23,969 bases of DNA from Acidobacteriota bacterium (GTDB lineage: Bacteria > Acidobacteriota > UBA6911 > JACQSX01), in the NCBI GenBank assembly GCA_036507075.1, contig DASXQR010000198.1:1-23969 (forward strand). Reading direction: 5' to 3'. Below are positions 1-8,304 of this stretch, piece after piece (positions within the stretch are counted from its first letter, which is position 1; the number at the start of each line of letters is the position of its first letter). The position numbers and the translations under genes are program-made. Below the pieces are notes generated by a model. That model had not been told where the DNA came from. It made no database searches and saw nothing but the letters and a program-made list of their open reading frames with translations.

Positions 1-16
1 GAGCGCGGCGCTTCGG

Positions 17-832
17 ATGGGTAGCTCTGTGTTGATCCACTTTGCCCTTTTTGCCTCCATTTTGGTTTATATCTACTATCACATCCTGGCTTTGCCGGCT
101 TACCCGGAAGACGATCCGATTTGGATCAGTACCGCGCTCCATCCTGCATCTATGAACATACCTGGACCGACTCGCGGCGGTGGCGGCGGCGGCGGCGGAA
201 AGCGCGAGCCCAAGCCAGTCAGCAAGGGAGACATACCGCCGGCTATCAAGCAGCAGACAGTCCCACCGTCTGTGGCAAAGCCCGATATTCGGGACACAAT
301 GAGGCTGCCCGTTCCTGAGAACGTTCAGGCGCCTATTGATTTTCCTAAACATATGGCAGGAGCCTTTGGAGACATTTTCGCTGCGCCGGCTCCTCCATCC
401 AATGGCCCGGGAGCAGGTGGCGGTATTGGTTCAGGGAGCGGCACGGGCGCAGGCTCGGGCCGGGGCCCTGGGATTGGTCCTGGCGAAGGCGGCGGTTTTG
501 GCGGTGGTCGAGGAGGCGGCGTCGGTAATGGCGAGGGCCCCTACATCGGTGGCACTGGCGGCGTCACAGACCCTGTGCCCTTACGCAGTCCCACGCCTCA
601 TTACACCGACGAGGCGATCAAGGCAAAGATCCAGGGAGTGGTCGTTCTGCAGGCCGTAATCAAGCGCAATGGTTCGGTAGACCAGCCGAGAATTCTTCGA
701 GGTCTGGGCTACGGCCTGGACGACGAGGCAATCCGGTGCGTCGTCAACGAGTGGCGTTTTAAGCCTGGAACGCTGAACGGGCGCCCCGTGGACATCCTGG
801 CCACTATCGAGATCACCTTCAACCTCCGTTAA
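17..832 (+). CDS. tonB: Energy transducer TonB (possibly 5'-truncated by the window edge)
   Basis: N-terminal TM anchor (SVLIHFALFASILVY, with the S-x3-H motif), Pro/Gly-rich linker, and C-terminal TonB domain (PHYTDEAIKAKIQGVVVL...GYGLDDEAIRCV..WRFKPG..NGRPV). The frame is open back to the window start, so the true start may lie upstream. Confidence 0.9.
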   Translation: MGSSVLIHFALFASILVYIYYHILALPAYPEDDPIWISTALHPASMNIPGPTRGGGGGGGGKREPKPVSKGDIPPAIKQQTVPPSVAKPDIRDTMRLPVPENVQAPIDFPKHMAGAFGDIFAAPAPPSNGPGAGGGIGSGSGTGAGSGRGPGIGPGEGGGFGGGRGGGVGNGEGPYIGGTGGVTDPVPLRSPTPHYTDEAIKAKIQGVVVLQAVIKRNGSVDQPRILRGLGYGLDDEAIRCVVNEWRFKPGTLNGRPVDILATIEITFNLR

Positions 833-833
833 A

Positions 834-897
834 TTGGTGCCTTTGTGTCTTTGTGGTTGAAAGGGCCTTGAACCACAAAGGCACAAAGAACACAAAG
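834..897. repeat. Palindromic element of 9-bp CACAAAG-type units (arms 834-858 and 871-897)
   Basis: ctttgtgtctttgtggtt ... aaccacaaaggcacaaagaacacaaag, between convergent stop codons; may double as a bidirectional terminator. Confidence 0.85.
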
Positions 898-911
898 CAG
901 CGTATCTCCGC

Positions 912-2009
912 CTACTCCTGTCCCGGAATCAACCGCCTCGCATTGTCCCTGTAAAGCTTTCGTAAAACTTCGGGAGGAAGGTTTATCCCGTTCACTTTCC
1001 AGTTCCCCTGGATCGGTGAAGGATGTTCCAGGTTCCTGCCCGCCGTTTCGAAGAATCTCCAGTGCCGTTCAAAAAACTCTTTTGCTTCCGCGTCGGTGCG
1101 CTTTCCCGGCAGGGGGACACCCAGATCAACGTTTTCAGGACCGTACACGGTGTCGCTTCCGAACAGGATGCGATCCTGGTATTTGATAAAAAACTGGCGC
1201 AGTTTGACCGGGTCATGACGACCGATCTCGCCCACCCGGGCGGCTGTATCCAGATTGAAATTGGGGCAACGCTCCAAAACGGCGGCCACATAGCGGTAAT
1301 TCTCCGGATTATTCCCAAAGTGAACTCCCACAAATGTCGTTTCCGGATGCCGCAGCAGTACCGTGACCATTTGCGTCAGCAACTCTTCACGCGCCGGAAA
1401 CTGAGAGCCGTAAAAACTCCATTCGGGATGGACCCCAAGCTCCGCATAGCGTTCGTTGTCAGGCGTGGGCGGCCGAAAAAAAGCGGCCGGATCTCCAATA
1501 TGAAACCAGACAGGAATACCCAACTCGCCGCATTTCATCCACACCGGATCGAAGCGTGGATCGTCAAAGTGCAGCAGCTTTCCGTTTGCATCCCTGTACC
1601 TGAGCCCTAGCGTTTTGAAAACCTTCAGACCACGGGCTCCCGCGCGGTAGGCCTCCTCCAGATCCGCCATCGCCTTCTTGGAAAACTGGGGATCATTCAC
1701 TTTGGAAAAATCCATGTTCGTGTACACGATGAACCGACCCGGAGCGAGCTTTTCGTAAAGCGCAATTCTCTGTTTGAGCGATTCGCCATAACCGCCGTTC
1801 AGATCCACCGACTTGATAATGCCGTTCTGATCCATGATGGAAACGGCGCGTCTCACGGTTGCCTCGTCGCTCGGCCGCGCCGGATCAAACGGCAGCAGAT
1901 GCGAATGCGTGTCGATAACTTTGCGTTGAGACATGACTAACGAGCCGGTAAGAAGAATCAAACAAACCAACAGCACAGCAACGAAAAGCTTCGATGAAAT
2001 AAAATACAT
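912..2009 (-). CDS. Secreted amidohydrolase-family (Amidohydro_2-like) metallohydrolase
   Basis: Signal peptide; TIM-barrel metal motifs IDTHSH, GLKVFK, VWFHIGD, GVHFGN, RILFGSD; C-terminal LYRDNARRL. Confidence 0.88.
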   Translation of the reverse strand: MYFISSKLFVAVLLVCLILLTGSLVMSQRKVIDTHSHLLPFDPARPSDEATVRRAVSIMDQNGIIKSVDLNGGYGESLKQRIALYEKLAPGRFIVYTNMDFSKVNDPQFSKKAMADLEEAYRAGARGLKVFKTLGLRYRDANGKLLHFDDPRFDPVWMKCGELGIPVWFHIGDPAAFFRPPTPDNERYAELGVHPEWSFYGSQFPAREELLTQMVTVLLRHPETTFVGVHFGNNPENYRYVAAVLERCPNFNLDTAARVGEIGRHDPVKLRQFFIKYQDRILFGSDTVYGPENVDLGVPLPGKRTDAEAKEFFERHWRFFETAGRNLEHPSPIQGNWKVNGINLPPEVLRKLYRDNARRLIPGQE

Positions 2010-2037
2010 ACCTGATTCTCTCCGGCGTGTGTAGACG

Positions 2038-2087
2038 GGCTTGGTGTTTTGGTGGTTAAGAAGGATCTACCACCAAGACACCAAGCC
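2038..2087. repeat. Palindromic element of CACCAAG-type units
   Basis: ggcttggtgttttggtggt (2038-2056) / accaccaagacaccaagcc (2069-2087): 19-bp arms with one mismatch. Confidence 0.85.
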
Positions 2088-2095
2088 AGCACGAC

Positions 2096-2821
2096 TCAAG
2101 GCACGGTCTTTCCCGAAAAAACAATTTCTCCGAACATGCTGGGCGTGTGAAAATCGGGACGCATGGTCGGAGACCAGGCCAATTCCTCCTTCACCGGCCT
2201 TTTCTCCCCGCGATACAGGTTCAGACGCCAGCGATCTCCCGGCATGGGCGGCGAATGCGGAGCGGGAACGATATCCTCCATCGGAAGCGCAATTTCACAG
2301 CTCCATTCCCTGTCTCCCGGCTCGCCATCCACCGTGCCGTCAACCTGCACGGCCCATTTCAGTTTCTCGCTGTTCCAGCTTCGGTACGGGATGGGCTTGC
2401 GGATATCCAGGAGGAAAATATCGAGCATCGCCCCCAGCGGATTCACCTCCAGCTCGATGTAGCTCTTTTGCGTGGGATCCGCCTGCAGGAAAACCTCCAC
2501 CACTTCTTCCAGCCAGAGATGCTCATCGCGCTGTTTCATGGTGGCCCAGATGTTGTCATCCTGACAGCGGAAGGAGAAGTAAAGGAACTGGTTGTCGTAG
2601 AGAACCTTGGCTTCCGTCTTATTCTTTCCCGCTGCGCCATCCAGGTTGCGCGCAAAGCCTGCCACGGGCGCTCCTTTCCACGCGCTGTCATTCAGGCGGC
2701 CATCGACCTGAATCGGGAGTGATGTGCGATAAACCTCATAGACCGGAGTGGACTTAGGCCCCTCGGGCGGGAACAAAGCGCCAATCCATGGAAGGATCAA
2801 CCAAAGGACGATGGGAATCAC
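2096..2821 (-). CDS. Carbohydrate-binding family 9-like (CBM9/DOMON-like) secreted protein
   Basis: Motifs IQVDGRLNDSAW, TEAKVLYD..FLYFSF, EEVVEVF, YIELEVNPLG, WSCEIALP, WRLNLYR, AWSPT..PDFH. Start moved from 2845 to the GTG at 2821, which follows GGAGG and gives a hydrophobic signal segment; the 2845 GTG is inside a repeat. Confidence 0.82.
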   Translation of the reverse strand: MIPIVLWLILPWIGALFPPEGPKSTPVYEVYRTSLPIQVDGRLNDSAWKGAPVAGFARNLDGAAGKNKTEAKVLYDNQFLYFSFRCQDDNIWATMKQRDEHLWLEEVVEVFLQADPTQKSYIELEVNPLGAMLDIFLLDIRKPIPYRSWNSEKLKWAVQVDGTVDGEPGDREWSCEIALPMEDIVPAPHSPPMPGDRWRLNLYRGEKRPVKEELAWSPTMRPDFHTPSMFGEIVFSGKTVP

Positions 2822-2842
2822 TTTCGCCTCCAGGATTTGGGG

Positions 2843-2948
2843 CACGAATTACGACACGAATTTCACGAATTTCACGAATTTCACGAAGTGACTAAAAAAG
2901 ATTCGTGAAATTCGTGTAATTCGTGAAATTCGTGATCCACATTCGTGT
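2843..2948. repeat. Inverted tandem array of 9-bp CACGAATTH units
   Basis: cacgaattt/cacgaatta repeats 2843-2887, short A-rich spacer, then aattcgtg repeats 2901-2948. Confidence 0.9.
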
Positions 2949-2950
2949 CT

Positions 2951-4297
2951 CTAATTATTAGGTTTGCCCAATTTGTATTCGTATAGCTGGCTAAGATCGG
3001 CGCCGACAAACCGCACTGTGAGACTGTCTTTATCCGCTTCCAGAACCGCGAAGCCGTGGGCGCTTTTCGCAAACAGCGAGCGGGGACCGGCTGTAATCGG
3101 ACGGATACCCGCTCCTCCACCTCCGGAAACAAAAAACTGCACTCCCGCCTCCGGCTGGATGTGCTGCAGATCATGATCGTGGCCTGCTATGTACACGTCG
3201 ACCCGGTTTTTCAGGACGGGAAGCAGGTTCCCAACCAGGTTTATGTTGTCCTCATGAGCTCCGTAGGAGTAAACGGGGTGATGACCGTAAACGATCTTCC
3301 AGCGGGCCGGGCTCTTGTCCAGCTCCGCCGAAAGCCAATTGAGCTGCGCAGCCGATATTTCGTTTGTATCGAGCGCAAAGAATTGTGCCGGTCCGGCGGT
3401 GAAAGTGTAGTAGGGCGCCGGCATTTGCCAGCTTGAGCTCCGAGATGAGTACAAGATCTCAGCCGCTGGACTGTCCGCCAGACCCCAGTCGTGGTTACCC
3501 AGAGACGCGTAGAACCGTACGCCGAGCGGCTTGTACAGCTCCTCCCACCAGGTCTTCCAGCGTGGATCATTCGGACTGGCCATCCCTTCCGAGTAAAAGT
3601 TGTCTCCCAGGGTGATGGCAAAATCGAAGCGATGTTTTTTGTGATACTGCAGCATGGCTGCAGCGACGCGCTTTTGGTTGTCCGAGCCGGTTCCGTAATC
3701 TCCGAAAGCCAGAACGCGAATCGGCTCGGCGGGCGGCTTGAGCGAAAACTGCGGGGGTACTTCGCGCAAAAACGCGGGAAGCATCGTGCCCCGCACCAGC
3801 GAAACCCATCGTTCATCCTCACGCGCAAGCACAGCCAGAGCCTCGCGGTCGTCCGCTTTTTTCGCCATTGCCGTACGACGCTCCAGCAGCTTTCGCAGTT
3901 GCTGGGTCTCCTGCCCCCTGAGCCTCTCGAGTGCGAGCATGGCGACTTTCACATCCGCATCGGAGCCTGCGTGCCGCTCCAGCGCCTGGCGCACCGCCGG
4001 ATCGGAATATCTTCCCAGCCGGTTGATAATCGCCAACCGTACGCGTGCAGAAGAGTCACGATCGAGCAGGTCAAGTAGAAAAGGGGCGGCAGCAGCCGGC
4101 GTCTTGGCAAGATCATCGGCCATCCGGGCCCGTACGCCTTCGTCGGTCTGCTTCAGCAGATCGGCGCCCTTGCCCCGCAACGCAGCCGGCAACCGGCTGG
4201 TGTCGACCGCCGGAGCGCTCACCTCCTGGGCAAAGAGAGGCACCCGCGGAACATTGGCCGTACAACAGAGCAAGAAAATCAGAAGAATTCTTTTCAT
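2951..4297 (-). CDS. Secreted HEAT-repeat + calcineurin-like metallophosphoesterase (purple/tartrate-resistant acid phosphatase-like)
   Basis: Motifs GDYG, LGDNFY, GNHD, GHHP, GHDH; N-terminal HEAT-like repeats (DEGVRARMA, SARVRLAII, DVKVAMLAL); signal peptide from ATG 4297 (MKRILLIFLL). Confidence 0.88.
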   Translation of the reverse strand: MKRILLIFLLCCTANVPRVPLFAQEVSAPAVDTSRLPAALRGKGADLLKQTDEGVRARMADDLAKTPAAAAPFLLDLLDRDSSARVRLAIINRLGRYSDPAVRQALERHAGSDADVKVAMLALERLRGQETQQLRKLLERRTAMAKKADDREALAVLAREDERWVSLVRGTMLPAFLREVPPQFSLKPPAEPIRVLAFGDYGTGSDNQKRVAAAMLQYHKKHRFDFAITLGDNFYSEGMASPNDPRWKTWWEELYKPLGVRFYASLGNHDWGLADSPAAEILYSSRSSSWQMPAPYYTFTAGPAQFFALDTNEISAAQLNWLSAELDKSPARWKIVYGHHPVYSYGAHEDNINLVGNLLPVLKNRVDVYIAGHDHDLQHIQPEAGVQFFVSGGGGAGIRPITAGPRSLFAKSAHGFAVLEADKDSLTVRFVGADLSQLYEYKLGKPNN

Positions 4298-4381
4298 AAA
4301 ATTTGATCCGATCCCGGCTGGAGCATGGTGCGGAAGCAAACTACTACCAGCCGGCTCCCTAAATGGAATATTTGTTATGAC

Positions 4382-4409
4382 AGTATGTATTTTGGAGCGG
4401 ATTTGTCAA
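4382..4409 (-). promoter_or_regulatory. Putative sigma70-type promoter for the phosphatase gene
   Basis: Minus strand TTGACA (4409-4404), 16-nt spacer, CATACT (4387-4382), about 85 nt upstream of ATG 4297. Confidence 0.4.
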
Positions 4410-4415
4410 CCAGGC

Positions 4416-4547
4416 GTTGAGCACGAATTCCACGAATTCCACGAATTTCACGAATTACACGAATTTCACGAATTACACGAAATCATTCTTAAAAGATTCG
4501 TGAAATTCGTGAAATTCGTGAAATTCGTGTTCAACCTCGTGCTCAAC
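4416..4547. repeat. Inverted tandem array of 9-bp CACGAATTH units
   Basis: gttgag + about 7 cacgaatt(c/t/a) units (4422-4481), spacer, 4 aattcgtg units, closing ctcgtgctcaac complementary to the left end gttgagcacga. Confidence 0.92.
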
Positions 4548-4549
4548 TC

Positions 4550-7500
4550 TCAAAATCTTAACTTTGCCCCTACCTGAACGGTTCGATTCCCTCGGGCGCT
4601 GTTGATCATCCCGAATGTCGACCGATTTGCCAGGTTCGTCGCCGGATTCCCAAACTGCGGCTTGTTAAACACGCCGGCGATCTCGCTGCGCAGCTCCAGT
4701 TTTATATCCTCGTGCAGGTTAAAAGCCTTGAAGAGCGTCAGATTGTGGTTCCATTCGCTAGGCCCCCGCAGCCATCCGTAGCGCGCCGGTTCCGGAGTAA
4801 TGGAAAATTCATCCGGCAGGCTGGCAAACGCGCTCGGATCAATAAAAGGATTGAGCGGGACGCGCGTCACCGGATCGAGCCGATCTCCGAGATGATCTCC
4901 GGTCGATCCGCTGGACCGTGGATCGCGCAGTGGAATCGGACGGCCTCTGGTATCGGTCACGCCCAGCGGATCGCCGCTGGTGTACTTTGAAATCCACGTC
5001 AGGCTCCAACCGCCCACAACCGCATCTGTCCAACCCGGCAAATTGCTTCCGATGAATCGGCCGCGCCCCACCGGCAGATCCGCCGTGGCAAACAAACGGA
5101 ACAGATGGGGCCGATCCGTGGCAGCTACCGTGTGATAGCCCCTCGGGTTAATGATGCTCTCCATGTCGAATTCCATGAGCTTGGAATAGGCATAATTGGC
5201 GACAAAGGTAACGCCGTCGGACAAACGCTTCTGGACCTGTGTCTGAAGGCCGTGATACTGCACCCGCCCCGAATTAACGCCCAGGATGGTCACGTTGTTG
5301 AACTGGGGATAGAGAACCCGCAGGCGGTTGATGCGAATCGTTGTGCCCTGGCCCAGATTGGAATCAGCCGGAAGCACGCCAAGAAAGGGATTGGGTATTG
5401 ACGTGTTGACATTGCCGGCATTGAAGAACCGATCCGGTGTTTCATTCAGGTTGAAGTTGTCCCGATCGAGGTTCTTCACGAAGTGGCTGCCAAGATACGC
5501 CACTTCCATTAAGGTCTGCCAGGGAAGTTCCCGCTGGATCCCCAACTTCCATTGCTGGTCATAGGGAAGAACGCGATCCGGATTCACAAAAGTGATGTTG
5601 TTGCCCAATTCGGTGCGCGCCCCCAGCGCGCTGCCCGTATGCTGCCGAAAGCCGTTTGGGAACGGGCTGCTCAACGTAACCCCCGGCAGCGGCGTGGCGC
5701 CTCCGTTGCTGGTGGCGACGTAAGGCGTGACATCATTAAATGACGCGGTAGTTACCGGAGTTCCGCCATTGACGGCGTTGGGCGAAAAGAAAATGCCGAA
5801 ACCTGCGCGTACTACGGTCTTGTTGTTCACAGCCCACGCAAAGCCGACGCGGGGGCCGAAATTATTCCAGTCTGTTTTTCCCTGGCGGCGGCTCAATCCT
5901 CCTTGATTGACGAACAACAGGCCACCTTTCAAGGCGCCGGGGGAAACGACTTCACCGCTGGGGAGGATTATTGGATTAAGCGTGACTCCGACGCCGGCCG
6001 CCGGATCAAATCCGTAGGCCAGCCGGTCAAACCTTTCCGTAAACGGGGTCTCGATCTCATAGCGCAACCCGAAGTTGATTGTCAGGCGCGGTGTGACCTT
6101 GTAGTCGTCCTGAAAGAACAGGCCGTAATAATGGTTCTGCAGGGCCAGCGACGCGTTCGCGCCCATGTTTCCGGAAGCCGGCAGTCCCAAAAGCGCCGAT
6201 GCCAGCGCGCTTCCCGAACTCGTCTCGGTGGCCGACGAAGTGGGGTTCTGCCGCGTAAACACTTTGTTGAACGTGAAGGACCCGTTTGCCGTCTGGCCGG
6301 GGTTGGGTTCGTTCCATCGCAGCATCCGGTAATCCACTCCCCAGCGGAGCGTGTGCGCTCCCGTCAGCTTGTTGAAAGTTCCCAACAGGGCGTGAATGTC
6401 GTTAGCGCTGCCACGAGGCGCACCTCCAAGGGTCGGGGTACGTTCCGAGGTTCTCCCCAGGTCGAACGCAGGCCATCCCTGCGCGAACATATTTTTCAGA
6501 ATTATGTCGGGCAGCTTCAGAATGGTCGGATCCAATCCATCCGACGCGCTGGGAACGCGGATGCTGGTGCGAGTGAAGCCGTAACGCACCGATCCAACAA
6601 GTGTGGGCGAAAAGGTGATCGTGTCGTCCACCGCGGCCGAATGGTTTCGCCGGTAATCAGGATTCACATCGGCGTTCCCTTCCGCCGGAAAATTTGACGC
6701 GCCGGCGATCACATTCGGGTTCGGAAACTGCGCATGTCGCAGCGCGCTCACGCGAACATAGAGCTTCTGCCTTTCTCCCAGTTGCTGGTCAATGCGCGCC
6801 TGCACGTTCTTGGTAATTACGGGCAGGATGCTGGAGGCCGCCCAATTTTCGCGCCCCACCTGCACCGGGACGTTGGCCAGGTTCGGCAGAGGATATTGAG
6901 CCAGCACGGCCAGCCCGATGGGGCTAAGCAGATTCTGCGGGATTTTGGCGCCCGGAAACTCAGGGCGCGACACAAACCCGCCGTTGGCATTCAGGACGGT
7001 GGCAAACGGGTTGTAGATTTTGAGCAACTGCCCGTTGGGCGCGAGCGTCTGCGAGAAGTCGCCGGTTCTCTCCAGCGCGGTCGGCACACGCGACTGCCGC
7101 GTGAAATTGCGCACATTTTCGACGCGCTCGAAGCCGAAAAAAAAGAACGTCCGGTCGCGCCCGTTGTAAAAAGGCAAAACCACCGGCCCTCCTACGACGC
7201 CCCCCTCCATGTTGAACTTGGTGTCCGGTTTGGGCAGGCCCAGACGGTTGTTGGTCCAACTGTTGGCGTCCAGCCTGCGGTTGCGGGTGTAATAATATCC
7301 GGCCCCGTGCAGATGGTTTGTTCCCCCGCGCGTAGTAAAGGCAAGGGCGCCCCCGTTGGAGCGGCCCTGGCTGGCGTCGAACATGGTGGTGCTTACCTTG
7401 AATTCCTGAACGGCATCGGCCATTGGAATTGTCACGGCCATTCCGTTTTGGCGCGCCGAAACATTGGGAACTCCGTCCACGGTCACGTCGTTTCCTCTGT

Positions 7501-8062
7501 TGGCCCCATTTCCTCCGTTGATTGTAATGTCGTTCTGTGAATTACTCGTGTAGCCGCCGCCTCCGGCGACCACGCCGGCCGCCATGTCAGCCAGGTTGAG
7601 CGGGCTCTGTCCCGTGATTGGGAGCCTCTCGAGAAAATCACGGGTCACCACCTGACCGAGGTCCGCATTGGCCGTCTGCAACAAAGGACTTTCCGAGCTG
7701 ACCGTCACCGATTCGGATGCTTCTCCTACCTGGAGCGCAAAATCGAGCGTGACTTTGTCCTGAACCTGAACGACGACGCCGCTTCGGACCGCCTTCTTGA
7801 ATCCTGGAAGTTCCACGGTCACCGTGTACCGGCCCGGCAGCAGAAAAGGCACAGTGTAATTGCCTTCGTCGTTGGAGACCGCCTCGGCTTTGACGTTGGT
7901 CGCTTCGTTGACAATCGTGATCGCCGCTCCCGGCACAACAGCCCCGCTTGGATCGGTGACGCGCCCGAGAATGGAGCCGCGGAACTCCTGGGCGGTGAGG
8001 AAAGGCGCCACCAGAGTCAGAGCGATCATGAAAATCAGAAAGGGAAACAAAAATCTCTTCAT
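4550..8062 (-). CDS. TonB-dependent receptor, Oar-like, with N-terminal carboxypeptidase-regulatory-like domain
   Basis: Signal peptide from ATG 8062 (RBS GAGGAGG); GSILGRVTDPSGAVVPGA, DAVQEFKV, FFQDDYKVTPRLTINFGLRYE, NNFGPRVGFAW; C-terminal Phe (GAKLRF). Confidence 0.92.
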   Translation of the reverse strand: MKRFLFPFLIFMIALTLVAPFLTAQEFRGSILGRVTDPSGAVVPGAAITIVNEATNVKAEAVSNDEGNYTVPFLLPGRYTVTVELPGFKKAVRSGVVVQVQDKVTLDFALQVGEASESVTVSSESPLLQTANADLGQVVTRDFLERLPITGQSPLNLADMAAGVVAGGGGYTSNSQNDITINGGNGANRGNDVTVDGVPNVSARQNGMAVTIPMADAVQEFKVSTTMFDASQGRSNGGALAFTTRGGTNHLHGAGYYYTRNRRLDANSWTNNRLGLPKPDTKFNMEGGVVGGPVVLPFYNGRDRTFFFFGFERVENVRNFTRQSRVPTALERTGDFSQTLAPNGQLLKIYNPFATVLNANGGFVSRPEFPGAKIPQNLLSPIGLAVLAQYPLPNLANVPVQVGRENWAASSILPVITKNVQARIDQQLGERQKLYVRVSALRHAQFPNPNVIAGASNFPAEGNADVNPDYRRNHSAAVDDTITFSPTLVGSVRYGFTRTSIRVPSASDGLDPTILKLPDIILKNMFAQGWPAFDLGRTSERTPTLGGAPRGSANDIHALLGTFNKLTGAHTLRWGVDYRMLRWNEPNPGQTANGSFTFNKVFTRQNPTSSATETSSGSALASALLGLPASGNMGANASLALQNHYYGLFFQDDYKVTPRLTINFGLRYEIETPFTERFDRLAYGFDPAAGVGVTLNPIILPSGEVVSPGALKGGLLFVNQGGLSRRQGKTDWNNFGPRVGFAWAVNNKTVVRAGFGIFFSPNAVNGGTPVTTASFNDVTPYVATSNGGATPLPGVTLSSPFPNGFRQHTGSALGARTELGNNITFVNPDRVLPYDQQWKLGIQRELPWQTLMEVAYLGSHFVKNLDRDNFNLNETPDRFFNAGNVNTSIPNPFLGVLPADSNLGQGTTIRINRLRVLYPQFNNVTILGVNSGRVQYHGLQTQVQKRLSDGVTFVANYAYSKLMEFDMESIINPRGYHTVAATDRPHLFRLFATADLPVGRGRFIGSNLPGWTDAVVGGWSLTWISKYTSGDPLGVTDTRGRPIPLRDPRSSGSTGDHLGDRLDPVTRVPLNPFIDPSAFASLPDEFSITPEPARYGWLRGPSEWNHNLTLFKAFNLHEDIKLELRSEIAGVFNKPQFGNPATNLANRSTFGMINSARGNRTVQVGAKLRF

Positions 8063-8107
8063 AACAACCTCCTCAAAAGCAACGGCGGGACCCCGGCTTG
8101 AACCCGA

Positions 8108-8296
8108 ATTATTCACAAAAGATTGAACCGCAAAGAGCGCCAAGAACGCCAAGAATAGCGCACAGGACCGGGCTGGAACTTGGAATGTAAAAGCAAACCT
8201 TCAACTCTTAGCATTTCCTATTTCAAGTTCCAGCCCGGCCCTGTGCGCTCTCTTGGCGTTCTTGGCGCTCTTCGCGGTTAAGTTTTGTTGGATAAT
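8108..8296. repeat. Long composite palindrome (about 75-bp arms) with CGCCAAG-type outer units
   Basis: aaccgcaaagagcgccaagaacgccaag..agcgcacaggaccgggctggaacttg / caagttccagcccggccctgtgcgct..cttggcgttcttggcgctcttcgcggtt, with a spacer of about 33 nt. Confidence 0.9.
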
Positions 8297-8304
8297 CCAC
8301 TTTT

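Noticed and set aside
170..560. GGC-rich low-complexity tract as a separate repeat element
   Set aside because: It encodes the Gly-rich linker of TonB; ordinary coding low complexity.
2843..4547. CACGAATTH arrays as CRISPR repeats
   Set aside because: The units are 9 bp, directly tandem with no unique spacers between them, and arranged as inverted arms; no cas genes are present.
3738..4577. 279-aa plus-strand ORF ending in HEFHEFHELHE...FVKFVKF (also 2881..3174 and 15892..16155)
   Set aside because: Antisense shadows of real genes; the His-rich periodic peptides are just translation of the 9-bp DNA repeats.
8063..8152. 30-aa N-terminal extension of the first receptor
   Set aside because: It starts inside the palindrome; a strong GAGGAGG RBS and a signal peptide support ATG 8062.
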